This document shows, in pieces, positions 10,197 to 21,078 of a stretch of 64,000 bases of DNA. The notes beneath the pieces are model-generated. The model had not been told where the DNA came from. It saw only the letters and a list, made by a program, of their open reading frames with translations, and searched no databases. The stretch spans positions 1-64,000 of the forward strand of contig CAWJZV010000012.1 of the NCBI GenBank assembly GCA_963847445.1. Reading direction: 5' to 3'. The translations under genes and the position numbers were made by a program. Each line of letters opens with the position of its first letter. The stretch's first letter is position 1. Origin of the DNA: an uncultured delta proteobacterium. GTDB lineage: Bacteria; Desulfobacterota; Binatia; UBA9968.

Positions 10197-11384
10197 ATGA
10201 GTGAGATTCTTCGATTAGGCATGGCCGGCTTGGGCGTGGCGAGCACGCAGATCATGCCGCCCATCGCCAAGTTGCCGTTCATCAAAATTACCGCCGCCGC
10301 GGATATGCGCGCGGACGCGGTGGCGAAGTTCCGCGAGCAGTACAAGGCCGAAGGTTACACCAGCGTCGAGGAGTTATGCGCCAGCCCCAACGTCGACGCG
10401 GTCTACATCGCCACACCCAATTCGCTGCACGCGGAGCATGCGATTATCGCCGCCAAGCACAAGAAGCATATCATCGTCGAAAAACCCATGGCGATGAATC
10501 TAGCGGAATGCGACGCCATGAATGAAGCGGCGGACAAGCACGGCGTCAAATTGCTGTGCGGCCACACCCATAGCTTCGATCCGCCGATCCGCAAGATTCG
10601 CGAGATCGTCAAAAGCGGCGAGCTCGGCAAGCTGTGCATGATCAATACCTGGAACTACAACGAGTTCATGTACCGGCCGCGGATGAAGCATGAGCTGGCC
10701 ATGACCCGCGGCGTGGTGCTCAATCAAGGACCGCACCATGTCGACGTGGTGCGCTTGATCGGCGGCGGCATGGTGCGCAGCGTGCGCGCCATGACCGGTA
10801 TTTGGGACCCGGCGCGCGAGTGGGAAGGCAGCTATACTTGTTATTTGGAATTCGCAGACGGCACGCCGGCGACGCTGGTTTATAGCGGCTACGGTTTTTT
10901 CGACACGGCGGAATTGTTCGATTGGGTCGGCGAGGGCGGGCAACATCGGCCGCCCGAGACCAATTTGAATGTGCGCAAGAGTTTGCGCGAAGTGCGCACG
11001 GCGGAAGAAGAAGAGCAGTTAAAAGAAGGCATGCGCTTTGGCGGCAAGCGTGAGGGCGAATACAGCCATGTCTGGAGCGGCGCGCGCAAGCAGCCGTTTT
11101 TCGGCCACACCGTGGTAAGCTGTCAGAAGGGCGATATTCGCCAGACGCCGGATGGGCTGAAGATTTACGGCGAGAGCGAGCAACGGGAGATTGCGCTGCC
11201 GGCGGGCAGCCGTGGCCGCGAGGCGGAAGTTGAAGAGTTGTACGACGCGGTGGTGAAAGGGCGGCCGGTGTTTCACGGCGGCCGCTGGGGCGCGGCGACC
11301 TTGGAAGTTTGCCTGGCGATGCTGGAGTCGGCAAAGCAGCGCAAAGAGATCATGCTGTCGCATCAGGTGCCGAGTCCGGAGTAA
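10197..11384 (+). CDS. Gfo/Idh/MocA oxidoreductase, phthalate-dihydrodiol dehydrogenase-like
   Basis: GMAGLG Rossmann motif, ATPNSLHAEH, VEKPMA, GHTHSFD, YRPR, NQGPHHVD. Directly follows a Rieske oxygenase. Confidence 0.85.
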   Translation: MSEILRLGMAGLGVASTQIMPPIAKLPFIKITAAADMRADAVAKFREQYKAEGYTSVEELCASPNVDAVYIATPNSLHAEHAIIAAKHKKHIIVEKPMAMNLAECDAMNEAADKHGVKLLCGHTHSFDPPIRKIREIVKSGELGKLCMINTWNYNEFMYRPRMKHELAMTRGVVLNQGPHHVDVVRLIGGGMVRSVRAMTGIWDPAREWEGSYTCYLEFADGTPATLVYSGYGFFDTAELFDWVGEGGQHRPPETNLNVRKSLREVRTAEEEEQLKEGMRFGGKREGEYSHVWSGARKQPFFGHTVVSCQKGDIRQTPDGLKIYGESEQREIALPAGSRGREAEVEELYDAVVKGRPVFHGGRWGAATLEVCLAMLESAKQRKEIMLSHQVPSPE

Positions 11385-11441
11385 AATTTGTTCAAGGTTC
11401 AAGGGTTCAAAAGTTCAAGGTCGGAATCGGAGAGACTCTAC

Positions 11442-12573
11442 ATGCGCCATCGGTTAGCTTTGTATGGGCTCATTCTGTGTTTGTCGTCAAACGGCTTTTC
11501 CCATGCGGCCGAGTCCAAGCCGGCTTGGCAAGCCGAATGGGAGCGGACGGTCAAGGCTGCGGAGGAAGAAGGGCAGTTGACGGTGTACATCGCCGGCTAT
11601 GGCGCGTTGATCGATTCGGGGTTGTTCCAGAAGGCTTACCCAAAAATCAAGGTTACCAGCGTCACCGGTTCGGGCATCGCAGCTCGCGCCGCGCATCGTC
11701 GCCGAACGGCGCGCTGAAAAGTATCTCGCCGACGTTTACAGCGGCGGCGGAGGGTCGCTCTATCAAAGTCTCTATCTCGGCAAGATGCTCGATCCGCTCA
11801 AGCCGGCGCTGATTTTGCCGGAAGTCATCGATCCGACCAAGTGGTGGGAGGGCAAGCATAAATTTATTGATCCCGAGGAACGTTACATTATCGTTTATGA
11901 AGGCAACGTGGCGGCGGGCGCGAGTCCGGCGTACAACACCAATCTGATCAATCCCAAAGACTACAAATCGATGTGGGATCTTCTCAATCCCAAACTAAAG
12001 GGCAAGATCGTTTCCCCGGACATCCGGCGCGTGCGCGGTACCGGACCATCGTTTCAATTTCTTTACTATCATGCCGACCTCGGCCCTGAGTTCCTGCGCC
12101 GTTTTTACGGCGAGATGGAGGTCACTGTGACCGCCGACCTGCGCCAGACGGTGGATTGGCTGGCGGCGGGCAAGTTCGCATTGTCGATGCCGACGCAGAG
12201 TTCTGCCACGGCCAAAGCCAAGGCGCAGGGATTGCCGGTGGATGAATTCGCTCCCCATCACTTCAAGGAGGGCGCCAGCCTATCGGGGGCGTTCGGCCAA
12301 CTAGCGTTGATGAACCGCGCGCCCCATCCCAACGCGGCCAAGGTGTTTGTCAATTGGCTGCTGTCGCGCGACGGGCAGAGCGCCTTTCAGCGCGTGATTA
12401 GCACGCCGGGGGAAGCGAAAAATTCCCGGCGCATCGATGTGCCCAAGGATCATATTCCGGCGGCGGAGCGGCGCCTTGACGGTGGCAAGTATTTCGACCC
12501 CGACGACCTGGGCACGCGGGATATTACACCAGTGACCAAGTTAATGGATGAGATTTTTGCCGGTAAAAAATGA
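11442..12573 (+). CDS. ABC extracellular solute-binding protein, paralog 1 (frameshift ~11680)
   Basis: Signal peptide, WQAEWERTVKAAEEEG, AERRAEK, APHPNAAKVFVNWLLS, SRRIDVPKD. Confidence 0.88.
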
Positions 12574-12649
12574 CTGAGACCGTCGAGGATAGAGGATTGG
12601 AGAGCGAGCACGGCGTGTCTGTTCGTCGATGTTCAAGGGGGAGTAGAAA

Positions 12650-13819
12650 ATGTTGACTGCTGAAGAAAATGAAATGCTGACCAAAGTCGGTCCGGGCACG
12701 CCGGCGGGGGAATTGCTGCGGCGCTATTGGCATCCGGTGGCGATTGCGGCGGACTTGACGGTGGAAAACCCGACCAAGTTTCTGCGCATCCTCGGCGAGG
12801 ATTTGGTGTTGTTCCAAACCACCGGCGGCGAGGTCGGGCTTTTGCACGATCGCTGCGCCCATCGCGGTGTGTCGCTTTCCTACGGCCGGGTCGAGGAGCG
12901 CGGCCTGGCCTGCGCGTACCATGGCTGGCTTTACGATATCAAGGGCAACTGTCTGGAGACGCCGGCGGAACCGGCAAACAGTAAGTTTTGCCTCACGGTG
13001 AAACAGAAGGCCTATCCGGTGCAGAAACTTGCCGGACTCTACTGGGCTTATTTCGGCCCGCTGCCGGCGCCGGTAATGCCCAAATACGATGTCTGGGCGC
13101 GCACCGACGGCTGGCATTGGCTGCGTGCCTTGCCGCAGCTCGACTGCAATTGGCTGCAAGCGATGGAAAATTCTGTCGACACGGCCCATCTGCATATACT
13201 TCACCAGGAACTTGTCACAGATGGTTTCAATGTCGAAAGCACGACCCGCGGTACCATCGACAATCTGGTCGATTACGGAATAACGGAATTTCCCCACGGC
13301 TTTATCAAGCGGCGGGTTTTCAAGGATGGCAAGATAGAGGAACATCCGCTGCTGTTTCCGACCGTATTGCGCCAGGCCAATCGCACGCAGATCCGCGTGC
13401 CCATCGACGACACGCACACTTGGGTCGTTTATGTTCACTTTGTGCCGGATTCAGCGGAGACCCGTCCGGCCAACGACGAAGTGCCGGTCAACTATCGCAA
13501 GCCGTTCAAAAATCCACTGGGTGTGCGCCATCCCGACACAAAGTTTCGCCTCAATGAAGTCGACGCCCAGGATTTCATGGCTTGGGAAACCCAGGGGCCG
13601 GTTCATGACCGCACCCGCGAGCGCTTATCCGTGTCGGATCATGGCGTGGTGATGTACCGTGAAATGCTGTTGCGTGAAATCAAGAAAGTACAGCAGGGCC
13701 TGGAGCCGATGAACGTCTTCCGCGATCCCAATCATCCGATCATCGACACCCAAATGGATCGTTCCCTGGAAGTGGGTAAGGCGGGCTCCGTGACTTATCA
13801 TGTGCCGCCGAAAGCGTAG
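12650..13819 (+). CDS. Rieske oxygenase alpha subunit, paralog 2
   Basis: CAHRG...CAYHGW, ENSVDTAHLHILH, QDFMAWETQG. Intact ORF with RBS. Confidence 0.93.
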   Translation: MLTAEENEMLTKVGPGTPAGELLRRYWHPVAIAADLTVENPTKFLRILGEDLVLFQTTGGEVGLLHDRCAHRGVSLSYGRVEERGLACAYHGWLYDIKGNCLETPAEPANSKFCLTVKQKAYPVQKLAGLYWAYFGPLPAPVMPKYDVWARTDGWHWLRALPQLDCNWLQAMENSVDTAHLHILHQELVTDGFNVESTTRGTIDNLVDYGITEFPHGFIKRRVFKDGKIEEHPLLFPTVLRQANRTQIRVPIDDTHTWVVYVHFVPDSAETRPANDEVPVNYRKPFKNPLGVRHPDTKFRLNEVDAQDFMAWETQGPVHDRTRERLSVSDHGVVMYREMLLREIKKVQQGLEPMNVFRDPNHPIIDTQMDRSLEVGKAGSVTYHVPPKA

Positions 13820-14142
13820 GGATGTTGCAATCGTTCCCTTCGGCATGCTCAGGGCCTGAGTTTATCGAAGGCAAGCCGTTCAAATCGTTGACGGAAGAAG
13901 AATTGGAACCGGAAGTGGCCGCAAAGCGTGTGCTGAGCTTGGTCGAGAAAAACAGAGCGCGCAAAATAAATTCCACGAAGACTTCCGGGCGTTGGGGCGC
14001 GATGCATCGCGCCCGCTTGTTTGCCAGAGAAGAGGAAGACAAGCCGTGGGACAAGTTAGTGTAAAGTTAACGTAGATGGCGCAGCGCATGATCGCCGAGC
14101 GGCGCGCCGATAAATCTAAGTAAAAATAAGGATGCGAAAATT

Positions 14143-15261
14143 ATGTTGAGAAGATTGTTACCATTCGTGGGTATTGCGCTGCTAATCGCGTTCAACACCG
14201 CCTTTGCCGCTCAGGCCAAGCCTGCCTGGCAAGCGGAGTGGGAGAAAATTCTCGAAGCGGCCAAGAAGGAAGGCCAGCTGTCGATATACATCAGCGGTTA
14301 TGAAGAGAATCTGCCGGACTTCCAAAAAGAGTATCCGGAAATCAAGGTTGCGCCGATCACCGGCCGCGGCAGCCAGATCGGCCAACGGTTGCTCGCCGAG
14401 CGGCGCGCCGACAAGTTTCTTGCCGACGTGGTTAGCTCCGGCGGCGTGACCACCTATCAACAGTTGTTTCCGGCGAAAGTCTTCGACCCGATCAAGCCGG
14501 CGTTATTGTTGCCTGAGGTCAACGACCTGACCAAGTGGTACCAAGGCAGGCACCACTATGCCGACCCGGATAACCAATACATTATCAGTTACGTCGGTAC
14601 CGCGACCTACGGCTCGGTGAGCTACAACACTAAGTTGGTCGACGTGAAAGATTTCAAGTCCTATTGGGATTTGCTCAATCCCAAGTGGAAAGGCAAAATC
14701 ATTTCCCGAGACATTAGAGTGGCCGGCCCCGGTTCCGGTAACGCGCGCTTGTTCTACTACCTGCCGGAGGTCGGGCCATCTTTCATCCGCAGGCTTTACT
14801 CCGAGATGGACGTGACGTTGTTCCGCGACTATCGGCAGAGTTCCGACTGGCTGGCGGTCGGCAAAGCGGCGATCTGCTTTTTCTGCGAGGTCGATGTCTC
14901 CAAGCAGCAGGGGCTGCCGGTGGACACCTTTGGCCCAGGGGTTTTTAAGGAAGGCGCCGGCCTGGTGCAGCAATTCGGTACTCTCGGTTTAGTAAACCGC
15001 GCGCCCCATCCCAACGCCGCAAAAGTGTTTATCAACTGGTTGTTGTCGCGCAAAGGCCAGATCGCCCTGCAGAAAAATATGCTCAAAACCGAGAATCCCA
15101 CCGATTCCCTGCGAATCGACATTCCTAAAGACGAAATACCGATGTTGCAACGCCGCTTCGACGGTGTGAAGTACCTCGACACCAGCCGGCCGGAATGGCA
15201 GGAGATGAAGCCGATCTTGGACGTCATGAACGAAGCGCTCAAGGCGGCGGGAAAGAGTTAG
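14143..15261 (+). CDS. ABC solute-binding protein, paralog 2
   Basis: Same family motifs as paralog 1. Intact. Contains CFFC. Confidence 0.92.
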   Translation: MLRRLLPFVGIALLIAFNTAFAAQAKPAWQAEWEKILEAAKKEGQLSIYISGYEENLPDFQKEYPEIKVAPITGRGSQIGQRLLAERRADKFLADVVSSGGVTTYQQLFPAKVFDPIKPALLLPEVNDLTKWYQGRHHYADPDNQYIISYVGTATYGSVSYNTKLVDVKDFKSYWDLLNPKWKGKIISRDIRVAGPGSGNARLFYYLPEVGPSFIRRLYSEMDVTLFRDYRQSSDWLAVGKAAICFFCEVDVSKQQGLPVDTFGPGVFKEGAGLVQQFGTLGLVNRAPHPNAAKVFINWLLSRKGQIALQKNMLKTENPTDSLRIDIPKDEIPMLQRRFDGVKYLDTSRPEWQEMKPILDVMNEALKAAGKS

Positions 15262-15270
15262 TCCGAAAAA

Positions 15271-15343
15271 CTTTGCGCCTTTGCGGGAAACCATTCCGGT
15301 CCGCATCCGGATTTATCTCTCGCAAAGTCGCAAAGGCGCAAAG
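15271..15343. repeat. CTTTGCG/CGCAAAG inverted repeat element
   Basis: CTTTGCGCCTTTGCGGGA ... TCTCGCAAAGTCGCAAAGGCGCAAAG. Second pair at 28592-28737. Confidence 0.6.
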
Positions 15344-15365
15344 TTGAGAGAAGAAGTTGGATGTT

Positions 15366-16485
15366 ATGTTAAGATATTTATTTCACTGCTTATGGCTTGG
15401 ACTTTTGCTAACGATCAACTCTGCGTTCGCGGCTCAAGCCGAAGCCTGCTTGGCAGCTGGAATGGGAAAAGACTCTCGAAGCGGCAAAGAAAGAAGGGCA
15501 GGTCGTCGTTTACATCAGCGGCTACGAAGCGATTCTGCCGGATTTCGAGAAAGAGTTTCCTGAGATCAAAGTTGTCGCGATCACGGGAAGAGGAAACCAA
15601 CTTGGACCGCGTCTGCTGGCGGAAAGGCGCGCGGGAAAATTTATCGCCGACGTTTCCAGCACCGGGGCGAATCCCAATTACCAACAGTTTCACGTCGCCA
15701 AGGCGCTCGATCCGATCAAGCCAGCGCTGATCTTGCCGGAAGTCACCGATCAGTCCAAGTGGTATCTGAAGAAGCACCAGTATTCCGACCCCGACGGACA
15801 GTATGTTTTCAACTATGTCGGCTCGGCGACCTATGGCTCGATCAGCTACCACACCAAGCTCGTCGACGTGAAGGAGTTCAAGTCTTACGGCGATCTTTTG
15901 CAGCCGAAGTGGAAAGGCAAAATCGCGATACGGGATATCCGTGAGGCTGGCCCGGGGGCGGGGAATACGCGGTTCTTTTACTATAACTCCGAACTTGGGC
16001 CGTCATTCATTCGCAAACTGTTCGGCGAGATGGACGCGACGCTGTTTCGCGACTTTCGCCAGGGCCCGGATTGGCTGGCCACGGGGAAATATGCGATCTG
16101 CTTTTTCTGCGACGTCGATGTCTTGAAGCGGCAAGGGCTGCCGGTGGACACCTTCGGCCCGAAAGTTTTTAAGGAAGGCGGCGGTCTGGTGCAGCAGTTC
16201 GGCACCCTGGCGTTGGTCAACCGCGCGCCCCATCCCCATGCTGCCAAAGTTTTTATCAACTGGTTGCTTTCGCGCAGCGGCCAGATCGCCGTGCAAAGAA
16301 GAACGATGACTGCGGAAAGTCCGGCCGATTCGCTGCGTATCGATATTGCCAAAGACGAAGTGCCCTACGACAATCGCCGGCTGGAGGGAATCAAATATCT
16401 CGACACCGGCAAGCCCGAGTGGATCGAAATGAAGCCGATCATCGATGTGGTGAACGAAGCGCTGAAGAGTGCCGGTAAAAATTAG
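15366..16485 (+). CDS. ABC solute-binding protein, paralog 3 (frameshift ~15440)
   Basis: Close tandem duplicate of paralog 2 (shared ATYGS, CFFC, GLVQQFGTL). Confidence 0.88.
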
Positions 16486-16620
16486 TAAGTTGTCGTGATC
16501 ATCTTGTGGGGGCATGGCTATGCCTGTCCTGAGTATAATCGAAGGATGCCTGCCTCGTCGGAGGGCAACCACGGGGGTTGCCTTTCAAAACCCGTTCCCT
16601 GCTATGTTAGCGGGAGGTCC

Positions 16621-17608
16621 ATGAAGAAAAAACTCCTCGCTCTCGCGGTTCTCACTGTGATTTTCGCCTTTGTGCAGTTCGTCGACGCGCAGCAGCCGGG
16701 GAAAATGGCGCGGCTGGGCTTTCTCACTGCGTTTGCGCGCGCTGGCAGTACGCATTTTACCGAGGCATTCCTCCAAGGTCTGCGCGACCTTGGATACGTG
16801 GAGGGGAAGAATATCGCGATAGAATATCGATTTGCCGACGGCAAGTTCGAGCTGCTCCCAGAACTTGCCGCGGATCTAGTTCGTCTCAAGGTCGACGTGA
16901 TTGTCGCGGTGGTCACGCAACCGTCGTTAGCGGCGAAGGCCGCCACCGCGACGATCCCGGTTGTTATGGTGGCCGTGTCCGATCCCGTGGGGTCCGGGCT
17001 TGTCGCCAGCCTCGCGCGGCCGGGCGGGAATCTCACGGGAACATCTGCGATGACTGCCGAAACCGCAGGGAAACCTCTGGGGCTACTCAAGGAAACTCTG
17101 CCAAAAATTTCCCGAGTGGCAGCGCTTTGGAATCCAGCTAATCCAGTGTTCCAGGCCGCCCAACTGCGAGAGGTAGAAGTCACGGCCAAAGCATTAGGCG
17201 TAAAGCTGCAGAGCCTGCAAGCGCGCGATCCCGAGGAAATTGACCGCGCCTTCGCAGCGATAGTCAGTGAGCGCACGAGGGCGCTACAAATCCTCGGCGA
17301 TCCGGTCTTCACCACACACCGCAAACAGATCGTGGAACTTGCGCTCAAGCATCGTCTGCCGGCGGTAAGCGGGGTCAAGGAATTTGCCGAGGCGGGACTT
17401 CTGATGACCTATGGCGCAAGTTTTCCTGAATCTTCCCGTCGCGCGGCTACTTACGTGGACAAGATTCTCAAAGGCGCCAAACCCGCGGATATTCCGATCG
17501 AGCGGCCGACCAAGTTCGAGTTTGTGATTAATCTCGGCACCGCCAAAAAAGATCGGCGTAACGGTGCCGCAGTCGGTGCTGTACCGGGCGGATAAAGTCA
17601 TCAGATAG
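16621..17608 (+). CDS. ABC_sub_bind-family substrate-binding protein A (frameshift ~17548)
   Basis: GLRDLGYVEGKNI, LVASLARPGGNLTG, YVDKILKGAKPADIP, ends RADKVIR. Confidence 0.9.
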
Positions 17609-17771
17609 GGCAAAAGTAAAAATCAACCAGGCAAAATAAAGATTGGTCGGAATTTTTCCGTCGAGGATTGGCGGGATGAAGAAATAGTGAAGAAAAGCGT
17701 AAGGGGTTAGGGGTGAGGAGTTAGGCGTCCACTCATCCTCGCCACCTCAAATCGATTGTTTAGGAGAGCGA

Positions 17772-18911
17772 ATGAAGATTGCGAAGTTAACTTATCTCAC
17801 TGTCGCCATTTACTTTTTGTGCGGTGTGAATGGAGCACGCGCTGCCCAGGCCGATGCGTGGAAAGCCGATTGGGAGAAGACGATCGAGGCGGCCAAAAAG
17901 GAAGGGCAGTTGGTTATTTACGGCAGCGATGAGTTCGAGAAGCTGTTTGCGGAGTTTCACAAGAAATATCCTGAGATCAAAGTGACCGGGGTATTCAGCC
18001 GCGGTGCCGACGTCGCCAAGCGGTTGATGGCGGAGCGGCGCGCGGATAAGTTTCTCGTCGATCTTTATCTCAACGGCCTGACCACCGGCTACAACGTTTT
18101 CTACAAAGCCAAAGTGCTCGACCCGATCCCGCCGGTGTTGGTGTTGCCGGAAGTCACCGACCTGTCGAAGTGGTGGCAGAAAAAACACCACTACGTCGAT
18201 CCGGAAGGCAAGTATTTGTTAAACTTCAACGGCGGCGGACGCATCGTCATGGGTTTTAACACCAAGCTCGTCGCTCCTGGCGAGATCAAATCCTATTGGG
18301 ATATCCTCAATCCCAAGTGGAAGGGCAAAGTCGTCGGCTACGATCCCAGCCTGGGCGGTTCCGGCGACGCCATGCGGTTTTTTTATCATAGCAAGAGTTT
18401 GGGCAGGGAGTTTATCCGCCGGGTGCTGACCGAAACCGACATCGTCATCAGCAGCGACACGCGCCAGATGGGCGACTGGTTGGCGGGCGGGAAGTTTGCG
18501 TTATCGATTTTCGCGCCGGTGGCGCGCATGGATCTCGATGTCATGCAGACCCAGGGGATTCCCGTAGACTGGTTCGACCCTGAGCAGTTGAAAGAAGGCG
18601 CTTATCTCACCGCCGGCTCCGGCGGCACGGCGTTGCTCAACAAAGCGCCGCACGCCAACGCCGCCAAAGTCGCGCTCAATTGGCTGCTCTCGCGCGAAGG
18701 GCAGATGCACTATCAGCGGATCTTCACCACCGGCGAAGAAGGGCCGGATTCGCTGCGCATCGATATTCCCAAGGACAAAGTGCCGCGCGGCAACCGCCGG
18801 CCAGCCAACGCCGATGAAACCCGCTATCCATTCGTCGACCGCGCCGAGTGGATGGATCAGGAGCCGATCCGTAAGTTCGTCAAGGAAATGTTGGAACAGC
18901 GACGAAAGTGA
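17772..18911 (+). CDS. ABC solute-binding protein, paralog 4
   Basis: WKADWEKTIEAAKKEG, AERRADK, APHANAAK, SLRIDIPKD. Confidence 0.92.
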   Translation: MKIAKLTYLTVAIYFLCGVNGARAAQADAWKADWEKTIEAAKKEGQLVIYGSDEFEKLFAEFHKKYPEIKVTGVFSRGADVAKRLMAERRADKFLVDLYLNGLTTGYNVFYKAKVLDPIPPVLVLPEVTDLSKWWQKKHHYVDPEGKYLLNFNGGGRIVMGFNTKLVAPGEIKSYWDILNPKWKGKVVGYDPSLGGSGDAMRFFYHSKSLGREFIRRVLTETDIVISSDTRQMGDWLAGGKFALSIFAPVARMDLDVMQTQGIPVDWFDPEQLKEGAYLTAGSGGTALLNKAPHANAAKVALNWLLSREGQMHYQRIFTTGEEGPDSLRIDIPKDKVPRGNRRPANADETRYPFVDRAEWMDQEPIRKFVKEMLEQRRK

Positions 18912-18951
18912 TTTTGGATTCTCAATTGTGGATTGAAGAGGTGCAGCACAA

Positions 18952-19890
18952 ATGAAAAGTTTCGCAGGCTTCGGTCGCGGTATTTTATCCGACAATCGAA
19001 AATCCAAAATCCAAAAGCGGCCCCGCAGACTCAAATGGGTGGGACTTCTCCTACTGCTCGTTGGGTGGGCGGGTGTGGCCGCGGCGCAACCGGCGAGAGA
19101 AAATCCCGCGGATTGGTTTGCTTTTAGTCGGCCGTCCTTCTCCAATGCCGCCTAATATTGAGGCATTACGAGGTGTGGATGTCATCGTGACCCCGGGTAA
19201 GCAAGCAACTGTCGCTGCCAAGCAAGCAACCAACACAATTCCGATTGTGGTAGGTGCTGCTGGCGATCTCGTCGGCGAGGGCCTGGTTGCCAGTCTGGCG
19301 CGACGGGGGGAAACGTTACGGGATTTACCAACGTCAATCCGGATTTAAGCGCCAAGCGGCTACAACTTCTCAGGGAAGCATTTCCCAAAGTCGCACGCGT
19401 GGCCGTGCTTTATCATGGCGGTCCGGGCGGAGATCAGGAAGAATTGAGAGAGACTCTGGCAGAGGCGAAGAAATTGGGAGTGCAGATTCAACCCTTGCAT
19501 GTGCTGGAACCTGACCAGTTTCAGCGCGCCTACGCGGCGATGACCAAGGACCGTGCCCAGGCTCTTTTGATTATCTTCAGCGGCAGTTTCACTAATTTTC
19601 ATCAAAGAACGCTCTTAGATCTTGCAGCCAAGATCCGCACTCCAACGATGTGTGGCAGACCCGAGTGGTCTGAGGCCGGTGGTCTCATCTCTTATGGAAA
19701 TGACCGGCTCGATCAATGGCGCCGCGCCGCCGTCTACGTGTACAAGATCCTCAAGGGAACAAAGCCTGCTGACCTGCCGGTGCAGCAACCGATGAAGTTT
19801 GAACTGGTCATTAATTTGTAAACGGCGAAGCAAATCGGCCTGACGATTCCGCCAGCCGTGCTTGCTCGGGCGGACCGAGTCATTAGATAG
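18952..19890 (+). pseudogene. ABC_sub_bind-family protein B, pseudogene
   Basis: Family motifs present, but the LRELGYVEG...LVRLK block is deleted (reads IEALRG|VDVIV). In-frame TAA at 19819, plus frameshifts. Confidence 0.8.
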
Positions 19891-20056
19891 GACGAAAGTA
19901 AAAATTAAAAAGGCAAGATTTGGATTTGTTAACCCAGGCACTCAGCCTGGTAAAATCAATTTCTCTATTTCTTCTGGGAGAGGACTAGGATGACGCTCTT
20001 TCATGGATCGCGGCAGAGGGAATACGCGGAGAACGATCACGACGAAGGAAATAACC

Positions 20057-21041
20057 GTGAAGAAAATACAATTTCTGGGTGTCTTTGCCGTTTCAATTTT
20101 CATTTCTGTCCATTTCGCCGAGGCACAGCAGGCGAAGAAAGTTTACCGTATAGGTTATCTCGCGAATCCCCTCAGGGATCAGAGCCGAAGAAGAAGAGCT
20201 GTTCCGACAACGATTGCGCGATCTTGGATACGTCGAAGGACAGAACCTCGTCATTGAATGGCGATTCTCCAAAGGGAATTCCGACATGCTTCCCGACCTC
20301 GCCGCCGAGCTGGTCCGTCTCAAAGTGGACTGCATTGTTGCCGCTGGTGTAGGCCCAACCCGTGCTGTTAAAAATGCCACCAGCACGATTCCGATAGTAA
20401 TGGGGAATGCAGACGACGATCCTGTTCGACAAGGTTTGGTTGCCAGTCTCGCGCGGCCCGGCGGAAATGTCACAGGTTTTACCAACGTGGGTTCGGACTT
20501 AGCAGGCAAACGGCTGGAACTACTCAAGGAGACGGTTCCCAAGGCATCTCGTGTGGCTATTCTCTGGGATCCAATGGGTCCGGGCGGCGCGGGCCACGTC
20601 AGGGAGACCGGGAGTGTTGCCCCAGCGTTGGGGGTGAAGCTTCAGTTTGTGGAGGTGCGAGATCCTGGCGACTTGGATAATGCATTCCAAGCCGCAGTCA
20701 AGGGGCGTGCGGAAGGTCTCATTGTAGTGACAACCGGTTTGATGGCTAGTCACCGACCACGGATCATTAATCTCGCGGTTAAAACGCGGCTACCTGCGAT
20801 TTACTCAAACGTAAACTTTGTGCGTGAGGGTGGCCTCATGAGCTACGCAGCAGACGGTCCAGAGAGGTTGCGAGGCGTTGCCACTTATGTGGACAAGATC
20901 CTGAAAGGGACAAAGCCCGCCGATCTTCCCGTGCAGCGGCCGGTGAAATTTGAGTTGGTATTTAACCTGAACGCGGCGAAGCAAATCGGCCTTACGATCC
21001 CGCCGAATACGCTGGCGCGGGCAGATAAAGTTATTCGATAG
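20057..21041 (+). CDS. ABC_sub_bind-family protein C (frameshift ~20175)
   Basis: GTG start, signal peptide ending AEAQQ, LRDLGYVEGQN, SLARPGGNVTG, ARADKVIR. Confidence 0.88.
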
Positions 21042-21078
21042 GCGTGAGTTGTGAGGCGGGAGGCGGGAGAAGAAATTT

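Noticed and set aside
13822-14064. Small ORF between Rieske 2 and SBP 2
   Set aside because: Largely composed of repeat sequence. The central KSLTEEELEPEV stretch could be a gene relic but I cannot assign it.
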